64,000 nucleotides of DNA from Candidatus Woesebacteria bacterium (lineage in GTDB: Bacteria > Patescibacteriota > Microgenomatia > UBA1400 > UBA1396): positions 191,054 to 255,053 of the forward strand of contig CAVVNJ010000008.1 in assembly GCA_963749595.1 (NCBI GenBank), written 5' to 3'. The first letter of the stretch is position 1. Each line of letters starts with the position of its first letter. Shown piece by piece: positions 30,527 through 39,682 of this stretch. Below the pieces are notes generated by a model. It saw nothing but the letters and a program-made list of their open reading frames with translations, was not told where the DNA came from and made no database searches. Position numbers and translations under genes: made by a program.

Positions 30527-30792
30527 TGGGAAGAATTGGTAGTTTAATCTTGATTATTGCCCTTTTTGTGGGTGCGGTACTGGCGGCCGGAGCAACCGTC
30601 ACGACTTCTTATCAGTTAGCCAAACTCGATCAGCGGGAGAAAGCCGCGTTGGCCAAGCAGCGAATCTTGAAGGAAGAGTATGCTCAAGCCAGCTCTCTTC
30701 AAACCGTGTTACGCTATGCCCGAACGGAGGGATTTATCCAGGTTGGCGAGGCAAGCACGCTAAGTCTGAGTCCCTCTCTGGCTCAGCGCTAA
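30523..30792 (+). CDS. FtsL-like small bitopic membrane protein
   Basis: 89 aa with an N-terminal TM segment and a short coiled segment. The position between rsmH and ftsI supports the call. Confidence 0.5.
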   Translation: MMGRIGSLILIIALFVGAVLAAGATVTTSYQLAKLDQREKAALAKQRILKEEYAQASSLQTVLRYARTEGFIQVGEASTLSLSPSLAQR

Positions 30793-30796
30793 CGAT

Positions 30797-32545
30797 ATGA
30801 TTGATTCCATTGCGACTTTAAGTCTTTGCCAGCGTCGTTTGCGGGTTTGGCGCTGGAGTATCGCGCTAGTGGGCATCGTTTTGCTTTCTCGTTTGGCCTA
30901 CTGGCAGTTGTGGGAGCACACCACTTTGTCCCAAGCGGCCGAGATGCAATATGCCGTTAGCCGACCAATTCAGACCAGTCGAGGCACGATTTATGATCGG
31001 ACGGGGAAAATTTTAGCCACGAATCAGGAACGCTTCACCTTATTCGCCGAGCCCTTTCGTTTGTCCAGCACCACTGACTCCCTGGTCGAGCAGTTGGTTC
31101 CGATTTTGGAAAGTTCGCTTTGGGAAAATTTGTCACTGGCAACTGATGCCGCCACACTGGCAGACAACCGCAAATCACTGAGTCAGAGTTTGGCCGAGAC
31201 CTTGCAACAACGAGAGCGGCGCTGGCTGCCGTTATTTCACCGCTTGACCAGAGAGCAAAAAGACCAGATTGCTGCCTTGAATATTTCCGGACTCGGGTTT
31301 GACCCGCGGGGCTACCGGTTGTATCCCGACGCCTCAGTGGCGGCCCAATTACTCGGGTTTGTGGGTAAAAATGATCGTGGTGAGGATCAGGGGTATTTCG
31401 GGGTGGAGGGGTTTTACGATTTGGAGCTCCGCGGCCGGGCTGGGCGCGAGCAGCGGCAAACCACGGCGCTGGGTATGCCGATCGCGCTGGGTGAGTCTAC
31501 CCAGACCCGCGCCCAGCCCGGCCGTGATCTGATCCTTACCATCGATAAAGCCCTGCAGTACCGGGTCGAGCAAGCTCTGCTATCCGGAATTTCCCGTTAT
31601 CAGGCCAGTAGCGGCGAGGTAGTGATTATGGATCCCAAAACCGGAGAAATCTTAGCCCAGGCTTCTTTCCCCAACTACGACCCTAGTCATTTTCAAGACT
31701 TTGATCCTAAGCTCTACAGTAATCCGGTCGTTGCCGAGCTATATGAGCCTGGCTCGACGCTCAAAATATTGACCATTGCAGCTGGCATTGAAGAAAAAGT
31801 CATTACTCCGGATACGCCCTGTCCTCGCTGTAGTGGTCCACGGGTAATTTCCGGTTTCTCAATCCGAACTTGGAACGAAGAGTATCACCCGGATATCACG
31901 GTGCGGGATGCCCTGGCCAAGTCCGATAACACGGCGATGGTTTTCATTCAGGAGGAATTGGGGAAGGAGCGATTTCTGAGCTGGCTGAGAAAATTCGGAC
32001 TGGATCAGAAGTCCGGGGTTGATCTGCAAGGCGAAGAACAATTTGTGTTTCATCCCGATCGGGAATGGCCCACGATCGATACTGCCACTGCCGCTTTTGG
32101 CCAGGGCATTGCGGTCACCAGTCTGAATTTGGTGCGGGCGGCGGCGGCAATTGCTAACGGCGGCGTTTTGGTTACCCCGCACGTGGTGCGGACCGTAATC
32201 GAAAACGGACAGGAACTTCCGGTTAAATTTGAGGACAGTCCTCGGGTAATATCGGTTGAGACCAGTAAAATAGTGACCGAGATGATGGTGAATGCGGTCG
32301 AACAGGGCGATGCCAAATGGGCCGCGCCCAAAGACCTCCGCATTGCCGGCAAAACCGGGACGGCTCAGATTGCCGAAGGGGGAGAATATCAGGAGGACAA
32401 AACGATCGCTAGCTTCATTGGTTTTGCTCCGGCCGACGATCCGAAGTTTATTATGCTGGTTAAACTGCGCGAGCCAAAGTCTTCTCCTTGGGGTTCGGAG
32501 ACCGCCGCCCCGTTGTGGTTTGATATTGCCCGGTTTCTTTACTAA
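30797..32545 (+). CDS. ftsI: penicillin-binding protein 2 / FtsI-type transpeptidase
   Basis: N-terminal TM segment, dimerisation domain, and the transpeptidase motifs STLK (EPGSTLK), SDN (AKSDNTA) and KTGT (AGKTGTA). Confidence 0.85.
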   Translation: MIDSIATLSLCQRRLRVWRWSIALVGIVLLSRLAYWQLWEHTTLSQAAEMQYAVSRPIQTSRGTIYDRTGKILATNQERFTLFAEPFRLSSTTDSLVEQLVPILESSLWENLSLATDAATLADNRKSLSQSLAETLQQRERRWLPLFHRLTREQKDQIAALNISGLGFDPRGYRLYPDASVAAQLLGFVGKNDRGEDQGYFGVEGFYDLELRGRAGREQRQTTALGMPIALGESTQTRAQPGRDLILTIDKALQYRVEQALLSGISRYQASSGEVVIMDPKTGEILAQASFPNYDPSHFQDFDPKLYSNPVVAELYEPGSTLKILTIAAGIEEKVITPDTPCPRCSGPRVISGFSIRTWNEEYHPDITVRDALAKSDNTAMVFIQEELGKERFLSWLRKFGLDQKSGVDLQGEEQFVFHPDREWPTIDTATAAFGQGIAVTSLNLVRAAAAIANGGVLVTPHVVRTVIENGQELPVKFEDSPRVISVETSKIVTEMMVNAVEQGDAKWAAPKDLRIAGKTGTAQIAEGGEYQEDKTIASFIGFAPADDPKFIMLVKLREPKSSPWGSETAAPLWFDIARFLY

Positions 32546-32557
32546 AATAACCTCGAG

Positions 32558-33754
32558 ATGATATTCCTCACTGTCCGGAAAATTAACCATTTTTTTCGCT
32601 CCCTCTGGTTCAAGGCGATTCCGGCCGCGATTTATTATGGTTTTCCTGGCAAAAAGTTGTTAGTTTATGGCATAACCGGGACAGATGGAAAAACTACTTC
32701 CTCAACCTTGCTCTATCACGTTCTCAAGACAGCCGGATATAAGGTGGCACTTATTTCGACCGTGGCCGCTTTCATTGGTGATGAGGAAATAGACACTGGT
32801 TTTCATGTGACCTCGCCGGAGCCGTGGGCCGTTCAAAAACTGTTGCGAACTTGTTTACAAAAAGGGGTCGAGCACGTGGTGCTGGAAGTAACTTCGCACG
32901 GCATCTTCCAATTTCGGGTGTGGGGCATTGATTTCGCTTTGGCCGGTTTGACCAATATTACCCCCGAACATCTGGATTATTTCGAAACCTACGACGATTA
33001 TGCCAAAACTAAAGGCGAATGGTTGCTGGGTGCCAAACAAGCCGTTCTGAATGAATCCGACCGCTCCTTTCCCCTCTTACGATCGATGTTTCAGCAGCGA
33101 CGGAAAGCTTTTCTGACTTACTCCCAAGAACTCGATCAGAGTGCGATCGATCGAATCATCACGGCAAAGTTTGATCAACCTTACAACCATTGGAATGCCA
33201 AATTGGTGCTGACTATGGCTCGTAAACTGGGTATCGCCGATGAAGTTTTTATCGAATCAATTAAGACTTTCCCAGGAGTGCGGGGGCGGATGCAGTCGAT
33301 TCCCAATACCCGTGGGCTGGAAATAGTGGTCGATTTTGCCCATACGCCGAATGGTTTAACCCAAGCCCTAACCGCCCTGCGGCCAAAAGCACAGAAAAAT
33401 TTAATCGCGGTTTTTGGGTGCGCGGGTCTTCGGGATCGGACTAAACGGGCGCCGATGGGGAAAATTGCCGCTGAGATTGCTGATCTCTGTATTTTTACCG
33501 CCGAAGACCCGCGCACCGAAGATCTTCAGGTCATCTTACGCCAGATGAAGGAGGGGGTTGCCGAGCCCAATCACCGTAAAATTGTGACCATTCCCGACCG
33601 AAAAGCAGCGATTGCCTTTGCGTTATCGCAAGCCAAAAGGGGCGACGTGATCGGTATCTTTGGCAAGGGTCACGAAAAATCGTTTAGCGTGGGCAAGAAA
33701 GAATATCCTTGGTCGGACCAGGAAGTGGTGGCGCAGCTACTAGAGTCGGCATGA
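32558..33754 (+). CDS. murE: Mur ligase, MurE-like (short N-terminus)
   Basis: P-loop GITGTDGKTTSS and a central Mur ligase domain (NITPEHLDY). The position after ftsI supports the call. Confidence 0.7.
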   Translation: MIFLTVRKINHFFRSLWFKAIPAAIYYGFPGKKLLVYGITGTDGKTTSSTLLYHVLKTAGYKVALISTVAAFIGDEEIDTGFHVTSPEPWAVQKLLRTCLQKGVEHVVLEVTSHGIFQFRVWGIDFALAGLTNITPEHLDYFETYDDYAKTKGEWLLGAKQAVLNESDRSFPLLRSMFQQRRKAFLTYSQELDQSAIDRIITAKFDQPYNHWNAKLVLTMARKLGIADEVFIESIKTFPGVRGRMQSIPNTRGLEIVVDFAHTPNGLTQALTALRPKAQKNLIAVFGCAGLRDRTKRAPMGKIAAEIADLCIFTAEDPRTEDLQVILRQMKEGVAEPNHRKIVTIPDRKAAIAFALSQAKRGDVIGIFGKGHEKSFSVGKKEYPWSDQEVVAQLLESA

Positions 33755-34221
33755 AAAAAATCATTCAATCAGGGGAGCGGCAATTTGTCGTTTCTCTGCT
33801 ATTGGTAACTGAGAACAATCCAAAAAAAATATTATTAGTGCATCATAAAAAATTAGACTCATGGCTACAGCCGGGCGGGCATATCGAGCCCTTTGAAACG
33901 CCGGTCGAGGCGGGGATCAGGGAATGTTGCGAGGAAACTGGTCTGGATATTAGTGAATTGCTGCGACCTGGCAAACACATTGATGCTTACGCTTATCCCC
34001 TACCATTACCGCGTTTTATTCTGGAAGAAAAAATACCGGCTTATGGTGATCAACCGGAACATTTTCACATTGATTTACTTTATCTGATTCCGATTGCCGA
34101 ACAGGCTGTCACACATCGGGAATCCGAAGCTCACAATATTGGCTGGTACACCTGGGAAGAAGCCGCTCATTTAAAGCTGTTAACCAATGTTCGTTGGGTT
34201 CTGCAGCAGGTGCTGGGATAA
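33751..34221 (+). CDS. NUDIX hydrolase
   Basis: Nudix box GGHIEPFETPVEAGIRECCEETGL. ATGA overlap with murE. Confidence 0.8.
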   Translation: MKKIIQSGERQFVVSLLLVTENNPKKILLVHHKKLDSWLQPGGHIEPFETPVEAGIRECCEETGLDISELLRPGKHIDAYAYPLPLPRFILEEKIPAYGDQPEHFHIDLLYLIPIAEQAVTHRESEAHNIGWYTWEEAAHLKLLTNVRWVLQQVLG

Positions 34222-34293
34222 GATCTCGGCAACCTAAATGTTTCCCCCGACAGTCCCCGGAACAGATAAGATCGTTTATCATGCACCAACACC

Positions 34294-34773
34294 CCTCCCA
34301 TTTTCATGTACTAGTACACTAGTACATAGAAAACAGCCCTGAAACTCCTATGAAGCTAGGTAGTCGAGTTTGTGGCCAGGAATATATATCTCCCCAGCAA
34401 CTTGCGCCTCAAATGGGTTGTTAATGGCATCGAAAAGATCCGTTGGGAGGAACATTTAAGTACTGTTTACGTCCAGTTCGGCAATTTAGGGACTTTTTCT
34501 GAGTCATCTTGGTGCCAATTTAAAACTAGGGACTCTTTGGGGAACGTTTGAGTCCAAGGTGTCAAGTTTAGTAAGGTTGTATCCCTGATTGTTGCGTTTG
34601 GTCCACAAAAGGCACGAGGAAAGTCCCCGATTTATAGTCGGCACCCTAAAGGCACCCAGGAGGTCCTTATTCGACCAATCGGGACTGAATCGGGATAAAT
34701 CATGGACCTTTAGGGGAACAACTCCGGATCCTTTGTGGACCATTTCGGGCGCAAAAACCCGGAGGGATATCGA
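34294..34773 (+). repeat. right arm of the diverged inverted repeat (pairs with 28531-29075)
   Basis: See the left arm. It begins with CCCATTTTCATGTACTAGTACACTAGTACATAGAAA, identical to the reverse complement of 29037-29072. Confidence 0.8.
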
Positions 34774-34875
34774 TATCCAAACTCGTGAAGAGAATTGTGA
34801 AAAGTCCCATGCTTGATGTTCAAAGAATTCAGCCAGGATTTGACTTCCCTCGCCAGGTTAGGTAGCCTAGCACTC

Positions 34876-35883
34876 ATGACAGAACAGCGACCTTCCGTGG
34901 TGGTGTTGGGCGGCGGCACCGGCACGTTCATGATGCTTACCGCTCTCAAGCGACTTCCGGTGGATTTGACTGCGATTCTGACAATGGTCGATGATGGCGG
35001 CTCCAATAAAATTTTGCGCGACCAGTTTGGCTTGCTGCCGACCTCTGGTATTCGCCAGGCGGTGGTAGCACTTTCCGATGACGAGTCGCTACTCCGTGAA
35101 CTATTTAACTATCGTTTTCATCAAGGCGAAGGTATTCGCGGCATGACCTTTGGCAATCTTTTTTTGGCGGCGTTGACCGATATTGTTGGTTCACAAAAAG
35201 AAGCCATTGAAGAGACCCAAAAATTACTACGCGTTCGGGGCAAAATTATGCCAATTTCCTACGATGACGTCCGATTAGTGGCGACCTATGCGGATGGCAC
35301 CGAAATTATCGGCGAGCACCTCATCGATGAACCCACTCACACCGAGCCAAAACGAATAATTGCACTCCGTACCGAGCCACTTGCTCATCTCTCGTCTGAA
35401 GCCGAACAAGCCATTTCACGAGCCGACTACGTAATCCTAGGTCCGGGCGACTTTTTTACCAATACGGTAGCTAATTTCGTCGTTGAAGGACTCGCTGAAG
35501 CGCTCAAAAAAAGCCCGGCTAAGAAAATTTTTGTCGGCAATCTGATGACCAAATTTGGCGAGACTCCCGATTACACCTTGCGTAATTTCTTAGACGATAT
35601 CAATCAGTATTACGGTTTAGACGGACTCGATTATGCCGTCGTCAACGATAACCTTGATATTCCTGCCGAGGCTTTGGCACTGTACGCCGAGCAAAAAGCC
35701 GAACCAGTTCGGGACGATGTGGAAGGGGAAGATTACCGGGGGGTGAAAATTATCCGGTGTGACCTGATCGCGGATCAAGTATTCACTGCCCCTAAAGGTG
35801 ACCAGCTTTCCCGTAGTATCCTGCGCCACGACGCCGAGAAATTCGCACGATTATTCGCGGAGAAATTTTTAGCCCAGTTATGA
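34876..35883 (+). CDS. YvcK/CofD-family (UPF0052) protein
   Basis: VVVLGGGTGTF N-terminal motif and CofD-like length. I prefer ATG 34876 because the track start at 34813 lies in the repeat arm. Confidence 0.8.
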   Translation: MTEQRPSVVVLGGGTGTFMMLTALKRLPVDLTAILTMVDDGGSNKILRDQFGLLPTSGIRQAVVALSDDESLLRELFNYRFHQGEGIRGMTFGNLFLAALTDIVGSQKEAIEETQKLLRVRGKIMPISYDDVRLVATYADGTEIIGEHLIDEPTHTEPKRIIALRTEPLAHLSSEAEQAISRADYVILGPGDFFTNTVANFVVEGLAEALKKSPAKKIFVGNLMTKFGETPDYTLRNFLDDINQYYGLDGLDYAVVNDNLDIPAEALALYAEQKAEPVRDDVEGEDYRGVKIIRCDLIADQVFTAPKGDQLSRSILRHDAEKFARLFAEKFLAQL

Positions 35884-37346
35884 AATTTACCGCGCAGTTG
35901 CCAACGGTCCGCCTCCTTTCTTCTGGACGGGCTTATTTTGTCGGTATCAAGGGAGTGGGCATGGCCTCCCTGGCGATTTTGCTCCAGCAAGCTGGCTTGC
36001 GGGTTGGGGGAGCGGACAGCGAAGAGAGCTTTGTTACCGATGCCATTTTAGCGTTGCACCACATTTCTTCTGATACCTTTGCCAGCGCGGTGATTCCGGA
36101 TGGAACGGAAGTCGTGATTTATTCCGGGGCTAATCAAGGGCGAAATAATCCCTTGGTGCAAGAAGCGCTGCGGAAACAAATTCCGATTCTTTCTCAAGCC
36201 GAAGCGCTGGGACTCCTAACCAAGCAAAAAGAAACCTTGGCGGTGGCGGGAGTCGGTGGCAAATCTACGACCTCGGCCCTATTGGCATGGATGCTGGAGC
36301 TTGGCGACCAGTCGGCTTCGTTTTCAATCGGGGTCGGCGACGTACCCAACTTGGGCACTTCCGGTCGGTGGCATCCCGGCAGTCGGTATTTTGTGGTGGA
36401 GGCCGATGAGTACGTCGCCGACCCAACTCAGGATCTGACTCCGCGTTTCCTCTATCTTCAGCCCGGGCACGCGATCTGCACTTCACTCAGCTTTGATCAC
36501 CCCGACGTCTACGCCGGCTTCGATGACACGCGAAAAGCCTTCGCCGCCTTTTTGACCAAACTGCCTGATACCGGTACGCTGGTTTATAACGGCGACCAGC
36601 CAGCTTTAGCTGAGCTGGCGGAGTCGTTGCCGGGGAAATTCCAGCGAATTACCGTGGGTGAACACAAACATAACCAAGTTCGATTGGCAAACTTTGAGGT
36701 GGTTGACGGTCAGGGAAAAATTCAGTTGCAAGCTCCGGGCTGGCCGATCGATCGGTTGGAGCTAGAAAGCCGCATTCCCGGCAAACACAATCTGCTTAAT
36801 GCCGCCTACGCCGCCGCGCTGGCGTCGGTCTTAGGGTTGCCGTCAGAGAAAATTGCCGCGGCCGTGGCCAGTTTCCGCTCCACTAAACGGCGATTCGAAT
36901 ACGTCGGCGAAACCAACACTGGTTGCCGATGCTATGACGACTACGCTCATCATCCGCGGGAAATCAAGGCCATCGGTGCGGCGCTGCGCGACTGGTTTCC
37001 GGACAAGCAATGGGTAATCGCTTTCGAACCGCACACCTTTTCGCGCACCAAAGCGCTGTATCAGGAGTTTTTGAGCGCCTTGTCTGGCCTGTCGGCTCAG
37101 GTTTTATTATTGCCGATTTTTGCCTCTGCCCGTGAACAATTTGATCCGACCATCACTTCTGAGATGTTGATCAACGACCTTCAGAAACGGGGTGTGGCGG
37201 CGGAGTTCTGTCCGGACCAGGGATCTTTGCTAGAATACATTCAAGGCTTTGGGGCAGACACCATCTTTTTGACTCTGGGAGCCGGAACAATTTATAAGGT
37301 ATTTGAACATGTCGCTTGGCGCTCAACTCCAGAACCACTTTCCTAA
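35880..37346 (+). CDS. murC: UDP-N-acetylmuramate--L-alanine ligase
   Basis: YFVGIKGVGMASLA, P-loop VAGVGGKSTTSA and DDYAHHPREI. Confidence 0.85.
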   Translation: MKFTAQLPTVRLLSSGRAYFVGIKGVGMASLAILLQQAGLRVGGADSEESFVTDAILALHHISSDTFASAVIPDGTEVVIYSGANQGRNNPLVQEALRKQIPILSQAEALGLLTKQKETLAVAGVGGKSTTSALLAWMLELGDQSASFSIGVGDVPNLGTSGRWHPGSRYFVVEADEYVADPTQDLTPRFLYLQPGHAICTSLSFDHPDVYAGFDDTRKAFAAFLTKLPDTGTLVYNGDQPALAELAESLPGKFQRITVGEHKHNQVRLANFEVVDGQGKIQLQAPGWPIDRLELESRIPGKHNLLNAAYAAALASVLGLPSEKIAAAVASFRSTKRRFEYVGETNTGCRCYDDYAHHPREIKAIGAALRDWFPDKQWVIAFEPHTFSRTKALYQEFLSALSGLSAQVLLLPIFASAREQFDPTITSEMLINDLQKRGVAAEFCPDQGSLLEYIQGFGADTIFLTLGAGTIYKVFEHVAWRSTPEPLS

Positions 37347-38328
37347 CCTCGATTGGCAGAGCGAAACACCGCTAGGGCCGCTCACCTATATGAAAATCGG
37401 TGGACCGGCAGAAGTGTTGTGGCGGGCCAAGCGGTCGGAGGATCTCAAAGCGGTAGTCGCTTTTGCCAAACAGAATGATCTTCCGCTGACTATCTTGGGC
37501 GGGGCGAGCAACGTGGTAATCCGCGACGGTGGTATCCGCGGTTTAGTCATCTTTAACGAATGTAATCAGGTTCAAGTTTTTGCTTCAATCGACGAATTAT
37601 TGCGGAGTGAGCCGCAACTGACTTTACCCCAAGAGACCAAGAACATTGTTACGGATCAAAAACTATTATTAGCCGAGTCCGGGCTAAGGACGGCCTTTTT
37701 GGTGCGGGCATCAATCGAAGCCGGATTGACCGGATTAGAACCGTTTCTGGGTGTGCCCGGGACTCTGGGCGGGGCGGTTTACAACAACTCCCACTACACT
37801 CAAGAGCTGATCGGAAATTATGTGGCCGGAGTAGAGATTGTGGACGAAGCTGGACTAGTGCGCTGGCTGACTAACTCCGAGTGTGAATTTAGCTATGATC
37901 ATTCGCGTTTCCACCATCGGAGTGAGGTGATTGTGCGAGTTCTTTTTGGCTTAAAATCCGGCAATCAAGCTTCCTCCCTGGAAAAAGTGTCCGCCGCAAC
38001 CAAAAAAAGAGCCGAGACTCAGCCATTGGGATCCGCCAACTCCGGCTGTATGTTCCAAAACGTCGTCTTAACGCCGGCTCAACAGGAGCGTTTTGGCAAA
38101 CCGGTTTTGTCCGCCGGCTGGTTGATTGATCAAGCAGGTTTGAAAGGCAAACGCGTTGGTCGCGCGGTGGTCTCGGAGAAACACGCGAATTTTGTGATTA
38201 ATGAGGGTGGGGCAACTTTCGCTAACGTTGAGGAATTAGTGCGGCAAATTCAGCGAGAGGTAGAAAAAAAGTTTGGTCTCCGGTTAGAACCGGAAGTCTT
38301 TTTTATCGGTGAACAGAAAGGAAAATGA
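37303..38328 (+). CDS. murB: UDP-N-acetylenolpyruvoylglucosamine reductase
   Basis: FAD-binding N-terminal domain (MKIGGPAEVL, LGGASNV), and the C-terminal SAGWLIDQAGLKG and VSEKHANF. The start is uncertain (37303 or 37309). Confidence 0.85.
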   Translation: MNMSLGAQLQNHFPNLDWQSETPLGPLTYMKIGGPAEVLWRAKRSEDLKAVVAFAKQNDLPLTILGGASNVVIRDGGIRGLVIFNECNQVQVFASIDELLRSEPQLTLPQETKNIVTDQKLLLAESGLRTAFLVRASIEAGLTGLEPFLGVPGTLGGAVYNNSHYTQELIGNYVAGVEIVDEAGLVRWLTNSECEFSYDHSRFHHRSEVIVRVLFGLKSGNQASSLEKVSAATKKRAETQPLGSANSGCMFQNVVLTPAQQERFGKPVLSAGWLIDQAGLKGKRVGRAVVSEKHANFVINEGGATFANVEELVRQIQREVEKKFGLRLEPEVFFIGEQKGK

Positions 38329-39662
38329 TGCCAGTTTACGTCGTTGAGGGAGGCGCGCCGTTGCATGGATCGGTGCGTTTAGGCGGAGCCAAAAACGTGA
38401 GTTACAAACTCATGATCGCGGCGCTGCTCGGATCTTTGGAATCCCGCATTTTGAATTTTTCTCAGATTAGCGACGTCGATTTAGTGAAAAGCGCCATCAA
38501 CGATTTGGGGGCTAAGTGTTATGACGCCGGTGAACGGACCATGTTTATTGATCCCGAGGGATTAAAAGAATCAACGGTTCCGGCCAAGTACGGTCATGGT
38601 TCGCGCGCCTCGACAATGTTTATACCACCGCTACTAAAAAGGTTTGGTCGGGCAGTGGTGCCAATGCCAGGCGGGGACAAGATCGGGCGGCGGCCAATCG
38701 ATCGTCATTTAATGGCTTTGGAGGCGATGGGGGTGCGTTTCAACCAGACCGCTACTACCCTGGAAGCCTTTGCTGAGGGTGGCTTAAAGGGCGCGCGGAT
38801 TAAGTTTGCTAAAAATACTCACACCGGTACCGAAACGGTTTTGTTGGCGGCGGCGGTTGCGCGCGGTCAGAGCATCTTGGAAAATGCCGCCGAAGAACCG
38901 GAAGTTGACGACCTGATTGCGTTTCTTAACGCTATGGGCGCGCGCATCCGCCGCCGCGCTCACCGGGTGATTGAAGTGGAAGGCGTCGACCAATTGGGGG
39001 GCGCGATTCATAAAATTATGCCCGACCAAAATGAGGCAGTTTCCTATGCTGTCGCGGCGGTTGTGACTAAGGGGGACATCATTGTCGAAAACGCCAATCA
39101 TCGCCACATGCAAGCCTTTTTGGAGAAATTGGAAGAAATCGGTGGCGGGTTTGAGGTGGGCGACTATGGCATTCGCTTTTTCTACCAAGGACCCTTGCGC
39201 GCGACGGACGTGGAGACCGACGTTCATCCCGGTTTCAAGACGGACTGGCAACCGCTGTGGGCCGTGCTCTTAACCCAAGCAGACGGGGAAAGTGTAATTC
39301 ACGAGACCGTTTCCACCAACCGTTTCCAGTACGCCGAGGCGCTGCGGAAAATGGGCGTGACGGTTGAGTTGTACAACCCGGAGGTCAAGAACTTTGATAA
39401 GGTGTATAACTTTAACGCCCAAGACGATCGCGCTGACTACCGCCACGCTATTAAGATCACCGGCCCTTGCCGTCTGCGGCCGATCGAGTACACCGTACCG
39501 GATCTGCGCGCCGGGGCGACGATAATGTTGGCCGCTTTGATTGCTGACGGTACCTCGCGCATTAACGACTTAGAGCGACACGTTGAGCGCGGATATGAAG
39601 CGATCACTGACCGTCTCAATGGAATGGGCGCGAAAATTACCCGTCTGGATCAAGCAGAATAA
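38325..39662 (+). CDS. murA: UDP-N-acetylglucosamine 1-carboxyvinyltransferase
   Basis: GAKN motif, PGGDKIGRRPIDRHL and DLRAGATIMLAAL. Confidence 0.9.
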   Translation: MMPVYVVEGGAPLHGSVRLGGAKNVSYKLMIAALLGSLESRILNFSQISDVDLVKSAINDLGAKCYDAGERTMFIDPEGLKESTVPAKYGHGSRASTMFIPPLLKRFGRAVVPMPGGDKIGRRPIDRHLMALEAMGVRFNQTATTLEAFAEGGLKGARIKFAKNTHTGTETVLLAAAVARGQSILENAAEEPEVDDLIAFLNAMGARIRRRAHRVIEVEGVDQLGGAIHKIMPDQNEAVSYAVAAVVTKGDIIVENANHRHMQAFLEKLEEIGGGFEVGDYGIRFFYQGPLRATDVETDVHPGFKTDWQPLWAVLLTQADGESVIHETVSTNRFQYAEALRKMGVTVELYNPEVKNFDKVYNFNAQDDRADYRHAIKITGPCRLRPIEYTVPDLRAGATIMLAALIADGTSRINDLERHVERGYEAITDRLNGMGAKITRLDQAE

Positions 39663-39682
39663 GATCGGAGTATAATAACCCG

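Noticed and set aside
31859-32590. A 243-aa antisense ORF inside ftsI. Similar long shadow ORFs occur at 23796-24365, 24815-25297, 38784-39251, 45865-46347 and 49078-49584.
   Set aside because: They lie fully within well-supported genes on the other strand, have Arg/Pro/Gly-rich low-complexity composition and carry no motifs. These are typical shadow ORFs.
34616-34626. GAGGAAAGTCC, the universally conserved CR-I/P4 motif of RNase P RNA, occurs inside the right repeat arm.
   Set aside because: The left arm has CAAAAAGTCC at the aligned position. No other RNase P conserved regions (such as the ACAGAA or GGTAAGAGC blocks) are present in either arm, so this is most likely a chance 11-mer.
28531-34773. 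Interpreting the inverted repeats as a composite transposon or IS ends.
   Set aside because: No transposase, integrase or recombinase ORF lies inside or adjacent. The arms are about 0.5 kb and only about 80 percent identical, and the cargo is core dcw genes. No flanking target-site duplication was noticed.
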